A DNA stretch of 64,000 nucleotides from Trichinella spiralis (Eukaryota). Positions 51,588-64,000 of this stretch are shown piece after piece. Numbering within the stretch: the first letter of the stretch is position 1; each line of letters opens with the position of its first letter. The stretch spans positions 2,648,205-2,712,204 of the forward strand of contig NW_003526944.1 of assembly GCF_000181795.1 (NCBI RefSeq). The letters are read 5' to 3'. Below the pieces are notes generated by a model, which saw nothing but the letters and a program-made list of their open reading frames with translations, was not told the origin of the DNA and did no database searches. Made by a program: the position numbers and the translations under genes.

Positions 51588-54500
51588 CCGACCTTACTTT
51601 TTCAAAAACTCAAATTTATAAATATTCATATATATATAGAAGAGGGAGAGATGAATAGGTAGATATATAGACGTTGGCATATATAATATCGGTAACAGGC
51701 ACGGTGAAATTCTTGAGCAAAATGCTTTCCTTTCCGTCATGCATCATACTAATCATCCTTCCTACCCAATCATAGATATTATGCGTGTACATGATATGTT
51801 TTGCTTTATTATTATTGTTGTTGTTTAAATTTATTAACACTCTCCACTAGTTAGCTCATGATTCACACACAATTTGCGTCACCAATAGATAAGGATAAAA
51901 AAGAATGGCTGTCATTTAGTGACTTGACAATGAGCAGAGAATTTGCTGTTTTAGTACACACATTCAGGAAAGAAGAACAATTTCAAAAAAAATGCCAACA
52001 AACAATTCCGTCATCACGAAACGAATTTGCAACGCAACAAAATGGAAAACAGAAAAAACGTACATTAATATTATTATTGACACGCTCGACTATGGCAATT
52101 AAAACGGTCTAGCAGGAAGGGGGGTCGATCATATTATATACGTGATCCGCGTGTTTGCTTTGGCTAATTATTAATTATTTATTCCATTATTTTTGCACAA
52201 TTATGTAGCACCTTACGCGCTCGAATGACGCCATTTGCAGCTAATGAAACATTTGATTTGAATTGAATGGAGTGATGTCGTTAGAAACAAAAAAGAAACT
52301 TTGAAATATGCAAACGTAGTAGTATTTCAGTGAATGTGTTTCTTTTAAAAAAACACCCAAACTTGTCAATAATAAGTAAAAAAAAACAAATATAGCATTC
52401 TTCGGTTGGTTAGTTCGTTGAACTCACTCAAAAAAATAATAATAACAAAAATGAACTTCAAGTTTGATTGATTGAATTTGTCAGATTTCGGCTTGAATCT
52501 CAGTTCAGCTTGAAGAAAAGGAAGCAAAGGAGAAAATTATGATTATTACAGCAATTCAACAAAAATCACTGTCGTCCGTCAATCGATTAATGCCAACTTC
52601 CCATTACAAAAATGCAAACTTTTGACCCTTCTGTATGTTTGTTGATTGGGGGAAAAATTAATAATAATCTGCCTCAACCGGGCAAAGAGATTCGTTGTGC
52701 GAAGAGCGTTGATCGATTTCACAAAATCATTGTTGCAAAGCCAAGAAAAAAAACATCTCAAATTTTTGCAAAAACGATCGTCGTCTGCTTCTGAATGCAC
52801 AGTTGGGAAAATTGGGAATGAAGAAAACGGACGGCTGACTTGAATTAATTAGCCTCTTCTCGGGCATGCAACAATTACCGTAAACTGACGGCAGTGATGG
52901 AAAAGAGCATCGTGGTCACTACTTACTTGGTAGTAGTGAAACAAAAATACACTCAATCTGACAATGCATCTGTTGGAAAAGGGCTTAGAATTGGAAAATT
53001 TGCAAAACACAACCTTCATCACATGAACAGAAAAAGAAGAAAAAGATGAATCGAATAAAAATAAAAAAAAATAAAACAGAAACAACAACAATATGTGATA
53101 AGTGAGCATGTTCGGATAGATTTGGATTAGCTCTGTTTGTTTATGTATGCAAGCACAGTTTGGGCTTGGTTTGCAAGTTTAAAATGTTCAAATAAACATG
53201 ATCAACATTACAACACGTTCAAAAATGCATTCTGAACATAATAAATAGTTTATAAATAGATTTTCAACAGCAAAAGCCAGTATTGACCAGTGCGGCGGCA
53301 GCTTTTGGTCGTAACGCAACAAGCGGCGCCGCCCTCATCGATCGAGGTGCTTCGCACAGTATGCACATATCCACATGAGACTTATCCCCGCAGCTGGCGT
53401 ATCGCTTGAACAGACCGCCGGACCGAACTGGACCGGATAGTCACGCCTTCTGCCAATCGACAATTGTTCATTACATCTTTTCCCAAGCGACGTTCAACAG
53501 CAGCGTCCATGCATAATTTCCATAAAACGCACAACATATCATCCCGCATTCATCGGATCCTAACGTCACGTTTGTTGAATAATATAGCAATGGAAAACTT
53601 TTATTCTTTCAGTTTCAGTTGTTTGGTAGACGTTCACAAAGAAGGAACCCTGTCCAGATAAGGAATAGGCTGTGAATTGAGATGAACGAAAAGTGAGAAG
53701 AAAAAACCGATGATCATCATCACCACAGCCAGTTAATTGCTTGATTATTTTCAACTCGCGGATTTGAAGAAAATCAACTTTTGCAAAATGTCAACCACAA
53801 TATAAGTACACAACTTTTACAAAAAAATTAAGTAAAATTATATTTAAAATTTTTCAAAAAAAAAACATCCCATCAATAGTATACGAGTATTGCTGTATGC
53901 ACAGTTTTGTCTGTTTGCAAATGAAAAAAGTATTATTGAAAATTTGTTAAAAAAACAAAATGGGATTGATGGAAGAAGGGCATGTACCATGGAAATGTTG
54001 GCAGCGTTGATCAATCATCATTAAAATTAAAATTCAAACAGAAATTGATAAAACATAATTTCCATCCCAACCACGCAAATTCCATTTTCAACTACTACAA
54101 TTCGATTATCAACATTTCGCATTTTTTTTCTTCTCTCGTGCGTGCGTATCCTGTGATGAAAATATTCGAAATATTAAATTTCAAGTTATGTTTTCTGTTC
54201 AAGTGCTGCTAATTCACCAAAAAAAACGAGAAGAAGATAACACTTGTGGTATTTTTTGTGCATTTTCACAATTTTCCCATCCACTGTGGCGAGAGCGAGA
54301 AAAAGCGATGCTAATTTGAATTCAATCGACCAAACGAACAGAAGAGATGCAACAATTGAAGACGGTTTTGAATATTGCGGGCGTGCAAGATGCAGATCAT
54401 GCTTTTTGCAAAATTGCCAAATCGATGATCAAAGCAACCTGTTTTGCAAAGTTCAGCAGACTTTAATTATATTGGAAGAAAGCCATTTTTCATTCAATTC

Positions 54501-57500
54501 TCGCCTGCTCGTAAATTTATTCTTTCAAAAGGGGCTTTTTTTCACCACCACCAAAGCATTATTATATGCAAAACACGCAATTCAACTTTTGTTGACCGAA
54601 AACTTGTTGACATTCATCGACAATAGTAGCAGGCACAGAAATTGCAATTTTCACTTGATATGATGATTGCAAGCGGTTTGCAAAGCTTACAGAATTTCCA
54701 GGTGAAAATATTCACAGTCCAAACGTGAAAGTCAATAATATTATGCACCTTCATATTTAGCCCAACAACAAACTCTGATAACAGCATTAACATATGCGAT
54801 CAACTACATATATTTTTGAAAAAAAATGTAGATATATTTTCAAATTATTTTCTCTTTATGACATGTTCCGTGAGATTTGATGCCAGAAAACCGGAAAATA
54901 ATAAAAATTCGGTCACGAAGAGGAGAAATAAATTGCAAAAATTCTAGAAAAGCAGTTACAGTTGCCTCTGATATTGAACATGTTTACCCCGTGGGCAATA
55001 TATACATTAGATCGATCATATTCTTTTTTCAAATAAGCAGCAATTCATTATAAATATTTCACCAATATATATACATATATATTTATACATGTGTGCACAT
55101 ACATAACAACTGGCCTATCTACTTTCTCCTGCTACCTTGACGCATTGTGTTCCACTTGTCAACTTGTAGCATATTTGGCATGTTTTCACGTTTAATGGAG
55201 AAAATTTTTAAAAAGATGCTTATAATGGAAAATACCTCTTCTTCTTATTCGATATAATAAACATGTTTTTGTTGTTAAAAGTGGTCTAATTTTTTGTCAG
55301 CTTTAAAACACTACAGGCTAAAGTGGTGCTCGCGATTATCGTCCCAAACCTGCCTAGCCTGAAGCGAACAAGTTCCAGCGTTCTCTACAAAGCAAGCCCG
55401 CCTTTCGCTTCAATTTCCAACTGCATCACTGCACTACTTCATTTTTTATGTCGCCTTCAAATAACCTAAAGCTGATTTCATTCATCTTGAAACGTTGTTT
55501 CATGGAAGACAAAAAAAAGTCCATCTCCTCCACATTCCCTTGGATCAAAAAAATGCCGACTTGGTAGCATTCAGAAGCAACGTCCATTAGCACAACATCT
55601 GCAACCAAGTTGCGCCAAAGACTGATCACTTTTCATGAGATAACAATCTGCTTGTCAAATACGTCAAAAATTGGCTATTCTATTCTTACCAGCTGTAAAC
55701 ATCTGAACTGACCAAAAAAACTGCAACCACTCGTATTATATTCACGGAGAGAGTGGTTTTAATGACCGTTATTTATTTATACTAACTTTGACAAGTGGCA
55801 ATAAAATTACTATGCAATAAATCACTGTTAAACTAAACTACAATGATCAGCTGTGTAACGTTGTTCGATGCTGTTTCTATTTTCTAAGTGAAAATCCTCT
55901 CTGAATAGTATGTTTTTCGTTATTTTGCAAAAAAGCCTTATAACGTCAAAGTTATGCCAATTTCTATTTTCTTAATATTTACATCAGTTCGTGAAAAGCG
56001 ATAAAAAAAGGGAAATGAAGAACATACTTTTTACATCTGAGAAATTAATTTGAATGAATTACAGTATAACAAATGGAACCTGACAATACAGTATTCCTTT
56101 TGAAAAGAATCATTCTTGATTTGTCATCTGCAATCACGAACAACAACGTGTAAATATATTTACGTTTCTGTTTTATATTTTGATGCAATGCTCAACGAAG
56201 CAAAAATAAACGACAAATCCTACGATTGTAGGTGTTTTTGAAAAATATTTCAGGCACACATGCAATGTTTCCAATCAACTATGATGCTAGGAAATTAGTA
56301 AACACCGGGACAAGTTCTGCTAAGTCAAAATAAACAATCGAATCCATTGCTCAATTCATAAATGCTGACAACATACGATGATTATTGTATGTAGTATGAA
56401 TAAAAAAATCACAACTATTATATATTCTTTCACATTATTATATTACTATTTGCACAGATAATTCTGAATTATATATATAAGAATAAATAGAAAACGGCAG
56501 TTCACATTGTTCAGCAGAGGCTGACTAGGTGACAAAAACACTTTTCCAACATTCCCAATTGTTACTGACCTCTGCCGAGATCGTCACGGATGTACGGTTC
56601 AATGCAATTCGACAACTACATTGCCAAATGACCAGACATTATACTTCACACATGGATGACCAACAACCCATTGGACCGTCCTGCTGTACAACATTGCAAA
56701 GAACAAAGTTTGTCTGTACCTTATTCAAAACGAATCGCGCGATTGAAAAAGAAATTAAAAGCATATCATTTTTGCAAATTTCTTTGAAAAACAAATTTGT
56801 GATTCATTTTTCATTACGTGATTCAAAACCGAACAAACACCACACTGCTAACAATAAAGCTGTTGAAATAATTTGACCATTGACAAAATATGCACACAGA
56901 AAATTACAAAACTTCAACAATTTTAACAATACAACATCCGCGATCAAAGGGGACATTTGCAATTATGATTCCTTTATTATCAACTTTCATTGGTGTTGTT
57001 TTAATTTCTTGTTTGAAAGAAAGAAAAAACATGATGATAATTCATTGGAAACTTGATTATAATAAAATAAAATTGAAAATCAATATGGAAAAAATAATAT
57101 GGATATATGTATTCCCAAAGTATCGTTTCGCTTAATGAAAAAGAAGAAGAAGATTTAACTTTCCAAAAATCTCATTTACTCGGCACTATGTCACAAAAAA
57201 ATATATGCATATATATTTGACCGTTTACGACGAGTGTAAAAGCAATCACATTCTTCATTTTATTTATTCCAGCGGTGCAATTAAACCATCGTGAAGTACA
57301 ACTAAATTTACACTTAGAAAAGTAATGATCATAAAAAATAATAAAGCAGATGTTGAAAAAGTGTTCAAAGTCAATCCTGCCGTGAGAAACAACATCAGAG
57401 CATGCTTTGAGATATAGGAAAGGGAAAAACTGAAATTTGAATTTTTTCCTAATAAACATTTTACGATAATTGGACGTTTGGAAAAGAAAAAACAAAGAGA

Positions 57501-59254
57501 GATTGAGAATCATTGAGTTAGAAATAAATCATTTTTATTGCGCTTCACTAAAAAGATCTAGACGTCTGGTTCAGACAATAAAAAACAATTACAAGAAGAA
57601 TAAGAAGCCGTTTTATTCTGTTTGAAAATAAAATAAAACGTCTAGTGGTGCAACAATGAAAGAGTATGTAGAAATGAAAAAAAAGGAAATAATTTACATC
57701 TTAACACCAACATCTGTATAAGCCTTTGAACAAAAAAAACCACACTACATCCTACTTCCAAAGACAAGATCAAAGTTGATGGAATATTGATCTATTTTAC
57801 AGCTTTGAGAAGACTTATATTCAAATATTCATTAATTTGAACAACGAACAAAGCAAAGGATCACCTGAAATGCGCAAACACTATTATTCTTTGAAATCTG
57901 TAAAAACTGGTGAGCAGTTTTAATTAATATATTTCACAAAAAGCCAATCGGATATTTGTAAAAAAGAAAATCAATCGATTTGCTCGTGAAGTAGGTAGGT
58001 GAAATAATTATTCCACTTTTCAATTTTAATTTCATAATTTCAAAAAAAAAGACAAGAAGATAAACACTTTTAGATGGTCGTTAAAATGATTGCCTTCCTC
58101 TCTGATCACTACTTCACTTCACACGCAATAAATTGTCAAAGAATTCCTCAATGGCTTGTATTATGGAATAAAAAATAAATCTGCGACAATGGAGTTATAA
58201 GTGAATTGTTTACATCGTGTGAATATGTTGCTTGAAATGTGGAAATGTATTTACCTTCAACAAAATGATGAAAGAGATTTTTTTCCAGTAAAAACTTTTG
58301 CATTCAACAGTCACAATTCAGATGGTGAATCAGAAACTTTTTCACAATTAAACATCGCGTAAACATTTGCGGAATAATTAAAAATTAGCATTAAATTCAC
58401 TGACTTTTTTGTTACGGTTGCAAACAAGTTGAAATGCAGAGAAAAAAAGAAAGTTCAGCGGAAATTACATTGTATTTGTAATAGAATAAAATAATAATAA
58501 GAATAACAAACATAAATCACCTAGGTAAATATAATTTGTATTTGAAATTCCTTGTTCCAGAACGTTATTGATTGATAAAATTGCAAACGATCCCCTTTTA
58601 TGTCTTCAAATAATAGAAAGCAATTCTCGTTAATGGAAATCACTTTTCCTAAGCAAACACTGTTTCACATTTGCATAACAAACAAGTTGAACACATTGGC
58701 ACCGAGTGCACTGAAAACTGATGAGCAAATTTTCACTGTACACTGTAAAATGCTGAAAATGAGCCCAGAAGCAGCGCAACTTCGATTTTCAATTTTCAAC
58801 GCAAATTTTCACACAATTAAAAAAAGTAAGCTTAATTCCAACATGTTGCTTCTTGAAAACGGACGACAATTTAACGTTTCATTGAAACAGACAGAAAAAA
58901 GAACCACAAGCACTAACACATCACGCAATCAATTATTACTGAATAATTTAAATTACAAACAACGTATAATTTGCAAATTAATTTTCACCCTCGCCGATGT
59001 TGCATAAGATTGTATTTTTATTGCTGTTGCAAAAGAACCTTACAACAACAGTGTTTATTTATCAATCCAGAATAAACAGTTTAAAATAAAGTCGACACTG
59101 ATTCTTTGTTGGAACAGCAATTGAAAAATGCCCCATTTCTATCCCAGTCAAGCGCCAATTATTTCAATTAACCCGCAAGCGGTAATTTCTCGGCAAAACT
59201 CCCTCATTAAAGCTTGAGCCGTTTCTACCACTGTGAACGTTAATTATTCGACCA

Positions 59255-59335
59255 CGCCCCGATGACATCACTGCGCCGCGTTCGCAGTTGTTCGTCCGTC
59301 ACTAAACCTAGCCGGTTCCGCAGAAATTTAAATCG
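59255..59335 (+). promoter_or_regulatory. GC-rich candidate promoter upstream of the Shisa-like gene
   Basis: Local GC-rich patch. A CCACGCCCC (Sp/KLF-type) element starts just before it at 59252, with adjacent TGACATCA (CRE-like), about 1 kb upstream of the coding exons. Confidence 0.3.
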
Positions 59336-60299
59336 ACCACTACCATAAAATATTTCTCTCGTTATTCCACTTTTCTGCCGATTACCAAATTCCAACGTAT
59401 GCATATCTCTCTCTGTGTGTGTGTTTTGATTTCCGATATAACAATAATTATTATCAATAGAAGGAGAAATGAATTTAAAATACAGTGAACAAGTAGTGCA
59501 GTAAGGTGTGGTGATTTTTGATGATTCATCTTCACTTTTTTACTTTTTTGGGATATTCAATTTGTCAGTCATTTGTGAACAACTCCACCAAACAGTCAGT
59601 GAAACTTGCGTAGAAATATCCAAATATATATATAAATTTTCCTCCTGTTCGGGGGCACAATTATTTACAGTATTCATATTTTTTAGTGATTTGCAGGTGA
59701 CGTTGTCGCGCGAGGCGACGCCAAACGAACAAATAGAACAAGAAGAATAAAACGAAACGATAAAGAGTTGACGACGACAACGACGGCGGCGGCGGTGGCG
59801 GCAGCAGCAGCAGCAGCAGCAACAGCAGCACTACTAGCAGTGGCAGTGAAAACAGCGGCAACAAAACGACCAGTGGTAACAAAAATAACGGCATCATTAT
59901 CTTGCAGGACATGAAAATCAGTAACATCGTCCACTGCGACAGTAATACCCGCATCCAACACAACTGGATCAGCACTGGTCAATCCTGTCTTATTTGAAAA
60001 CTTTTCCCTCTGCAAAGTTTGTTCAATTTTCAACGTGAAAAGCCTGTCTGTTTGTTGGTCGTCGGTTAACCTGTTAGCCGTCTATTCGTGATATACAGTT
60101 GATTGACCAAATTTATGCTTGGAAAGCATTATTATCTTTGAAAAAAAAAACAAGCAAAATACACACTCACACACACACATACACAGAGATGTATATTAAT
60201 ATTCGTATACATACATACACATAGATATATATATTTATATATACATATGTGTGTATGTATATGATTTTAAAATTAATCACAATTATAAATAATAGCTGA

Positions 60300-61136
60300 A
60301 TGAACACAGCCGGATCATTTTCACTGGCAGCTTCTGGATCTTTGACCAGAACTTGTCCAAATGGTCGTGACTGTCCCGGATATGGAGACAGTTTAGATGA
60401 ATTCTACTGTTGCGACAGCACTGTCCAGCCAGGTGATTTCTACTGTTGTGACTATGGGACAAAGGAGAAAACTTCCTATCGTGGATTGCTCAGCGAGTTT
60501 GTTTTATTATTTTGTTATAGAATTGTTTTTTAAGAAAAAATTGCAAAATATGATTTTGTTTAAATGTTGCTGCAGACATGTCGGTGAAATTGTCGGTGGT
60601 GTCTTCGGAGCGTTGGTATTGTTGTTGGTGGTCATTTTGGTGATGTGCTTTTTCTGCAGTTGTTGTACGCTTTATAAAAAACGAGAAAAACGTCGACAAA
60701 GTGAAAAATATTTTTGTCGGTTAATTCGATTTGTCTTTTTCAAGTTGAAATTTAAATTTCTTTTTTTACAATTTCAGGCCGCGAAAGTATCACCCCGTCG
60801 AATCGGCATCACCGTCATTTCCATCCTTATTCTGCTGCTCCTTCTTCTCCTCATCATCATCATCATTCTTCTGTTATTGCCTACAGTCGACCCTGGCCGA
60901 CGTCAATTGTACGTGTAGACGCCAGCAGCGGTTCGCCAACCCCGGACTGGGACCAGCTGTCTGACGGAGCAGAAGTGTCGTCGGCTTCTTGCAAGCCGTG
61001 CGGAAGTAAGCGTTCCGACTACTACCTTGGCAAATTCTCATATTCAATGCATATTCAATTGGACAGTATTGATTCTGTCGGGGCTCATCTTTTTGATTTT
61101 CTCGCTCTGAGCTGTTGCTGTGAAGTTTTGTTTTAA
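60300..61136 (+). CDS. Shisa-like (six-Cys ectodomain) single-pass membrane protein; both ends uncertain
   Basis: Exons 60300 (or acceptor 60331)-60496, 60576-60700, and 60778 onward; phases consistent. Ectodomain CPNGRDCPGYGDSLDEFYCCDSTVQPGDFYCC (C-C-CC-CC), TM IVGGVFGALVLLLVVILVM, juxtamembrane CFFCSCCTLYKKR, Pro/His/Ser-rich tail. Stop at 61134-61136 if unspliced; an alternative donor at 61006 gives a stop at 61110. Confidence 0.72.
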
Positions 61137-64000
61137 GCGACTTACTCGCGCTCAAGCTGCTCAAGAAAAGTCAAACCGGAAGAAGTGTTGTTATAAAAGC
61201 CGCAGGGAATACAGATTCAGTTGTTCTAAATCCAAATCCAATTTTCCGATTCAATCACATTCCCCAGACTGCTGCTGCTGACGATTCTTTTTTCATTTGC
61301 TTTAAACTTTACCCACTGTAGTCGGGTTGGCTTTCCAAATTTCAATAATTTAGGTCACCATTACGCGCACATATATATATATACACACCCACATATTTAC
61401 AACCGACGTACTTGATGTGTGTGTGTATGCGCATACAAACAAATGTTGTCTGATCTAATTTTACCACTAGCCAGGATTGTTGTTGTTGTTTGCAATAACA
61501 ATTGGGAAATAGGTTCTTTTCTACAACACAAGCGCAACATCATTTTCAACTTGCACTGATTGCCAATTTGTCGTCAAGAAGTCACAATATAAGCATTATA
61601 TGAAAGGCATTAATATTAAAATGAAAATTGGGGAAAAAAATTTTCAACGACAAATTTGTATAGTTTGATCAATTTTTTTCGCGTCTGTGGAAAAAACATG
61701 TGGACGAAATTGTTGCTGCTGCAGATAGACATGTTGAGTGTTGAAAAGAATTGAATATAGACTTTTCCAACTTGGAATATTTGCAAAATTGCTAATCTTT
61801 AGTTTTTTTTCTTCTTCTTATTTCTTCTGAGCACACATGTCGGCTCGCTTTTCAAGCAGCTTTGTCACGCAAACTTTGTCCAAGATAGTACTACCAGTAG
61901 TAGTAGTAGTAGTTTTATTAATTTATACGAAAAAGCATATATCGTCCAACATGCCATTACGCAGATTGATCGGTCAGCAGCTAGCTAATCACGCTTGTCA
62001 ACTTAATATAACACACAGACCATTCACGTTGATGATTCCATTTTCTCCATCTCATTCACATTTATTTAAATTTCAGCTCCACCACCGCCGTACAGTGTCG
62101 TCTGTCCAGGAATGTCCTCCTCATCCAGCTCAGCCGGTGCATCTCTTTTGCCTTTCACGGAACGACATCCGCCAACTGACGTTTGAGAGCAACTTTTTTT
62201 TTGTCTATGCTTCCTCACCCCCATTTATTAAATTGAATTTTTTTCGAAAATGAATATCGGCAATTCTCTCGTTGAACATTTGATTAAAAGAAAACCTTTT
62301 TTCTCTTTGTTAGAAACTGAGTACAAGCATCTATGTACATATTATAGGCGTGCAGATGGATAGATTTATGCATGTATGTATGTAAAATAGAGGAGAATGT
62401 TGGTCGGCCGGCCGGCCGGCTTAATTTCCCTCGGGACGCGATTGAGTTAGAAAATGTTAGGCCGAGACGGCCGCTAGTTTGGGCCTTGTCAACGCCGTCC
62501 GGGGGTCTTCTCATGATTCAATTACTCTTGAAACTAAGCAAGTTGACGTTCTCTTATTAATGGCTAATTTCCAGCGTTGACTTGCCAGCGCTGCTTTTCA
62601 CCGGGGAAAAAGAGCAACTAGCGCACGAGCAACACGCTAAACATAACAAAGGAAAAAAAGAAGAAGCCTGAAAAAGCACCGACCAGCAAGCAGCCAACTT
62701 AGCAAGCTTTTCCCTCAATGCATCTTTCAACAAATGATGGCTAAAGTAGTAGTACTGATTTTCTGCTATTTCTCTACTATTGTTTGGCAAAAGTTTTCAT
62801 TCACTGCTATCCATCCACTGACGAGTCAAGCTGAAATCGATCGACCCGGTTCAACTAACACCGACAAACTCTGTACGCTAAACATCGACACAACACACCG
62901 TCCCCATTTTGCCATTTATACAAACAAACAAACAAACAAACAACAAGCCTCAATACTTCCTTCCAACCTTGATGCCTACACTAGTTCACTGTTGTTCGGC
63001 ATTTTATATTCAAATCAATCACCAACAGCTTTATCTGTATTGTATCAATCAACTGCAAAGTCGATAGCTCAATTTTCTATTAATTAACCACAAATGACAC
63101 TGATTACAGGGAATCTGATAACAACAATACACGAAGAAGAATATCATTTCTGCAAACAACTCTAACTTAATACCTAACTAACAACAAGGTCCGTCATTCA
63201 TTCATTCATTCATGCATGCATGCATGCATGCTATCATCAAAGTTGTTTGTACAATTAATTATTTCAAATCACAACATCTCGAATGTGGAATCAATGAAAA
63301 TTTTCATATCAAATTAAAAGAAAAAAAATTATTTCTCCTTTTCCATATTCGCATTCAAGTTTCAAAATGGAAATTCCATTTATCATTTTATCAATATTAA
63401 AAGATCTTTTAATGGAAAAATGAATAGGACGACAATTCCGATTGATGCTGTTATTGGAAAATAATTAATCATTGTGCGTTTGCTGTTAAAAAAGAAACAA
63501 CAACAACAGCAACAGAAGAAATGCATGATTAAATTAAATCTTATTTAATCATGCGCATCCGTTTGTTTGTCCATCGAATCAATTTTCACTTTCTCATACA
63601 GGTGCAAAAAGCGTACGGTAGAGGGGAAGAGGGGAAATTTTATTTTGCACAATTTCAACATTTCGACAATATTCGCGATGGGATACTATTCGAGAATTTC
63701 ACAGTTGAAAACTGACACCCAAGTCAAGACGAGACATTCAATGTCACCTCCCGGCTAATTGTTGACAGCTAGTATACGATTTGTTCGCCTTCTGCATTGA
63801 GCAGAGCAAGCTCGGCCGGGCTGTGTGATTCTTGCTTTGTTGATCATTAAAAGTTTCGACTCGGTGAGGCAGTTGTCACTAATCAGAGATGCAAACATTC
63901 ATTAGGCCGAAAACCAAACTCGGTCTAGCAGACAAATTGAAAGCTTCCACCACCACCACCACACTCTCTCTCCAAGGCCACATTATGCATTGACAGCATG

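Noticed and set aside
1..64000. CRISPR arrays, rRNA, tRNA, spliced-leader RNA genes, telomeric repeats, transposase or reverse-transcriptase ORFs
   Set aside because: None recognised by eye. The DNA is eukaryotic with only simple repeats. A tRNAscan-SE/Rfam/Dfam run would be needed to exclude small or degenerate elements.

Overview
AT-rich, microsatellite-dense eukaryotic genomic DNA with short (about 60-90 nt) GT-AG introns. Gene content and style suggest a nematode, probably clade I (Trichinella-like), but this is inference. Six spliced or intronless protein-coding genes can be reconstructed by hand with consistent splice phases: (1) cathepsin F (+, 2607-4670); (2) a short secreted two-WAP protein (-, 6670-5680); (3) a longer secreted WAP-WAP-TIL-Cys-rich-WAP protein (+, 8212-9847), head-to-head with and paralogous to gene 2; (4) a large SIPA1/SIPA1L-type RapGAP-PDZ-coiled-coil gene (-, about 26370-11110, with a candidate alternative first coding exon at 35381-35286); (5) methylmalonate-semialdehyde dehydrogenase ALDH6A1/alh-8 (+, 39906-42336); (6) an intronless, GC3-rich four-and-a-half-LIM gene (+, 49492-50376). 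A seventh, less certain model is a Shisa-like single-pass membrane protein (+, about 60300-61136). The most notable items are the inverted WAP paralog pair whose five WAP domains all have 6 rather than 8 Cys, a TIL domain with a shortened reactive loop, the possible FHL retrogene, and the ambiguous 5' end of the SIPA1L gene. No CRISPR array, rRNA, tRNA or recognisable transposon ORF was seen. Most ORFs in the track are spurious.
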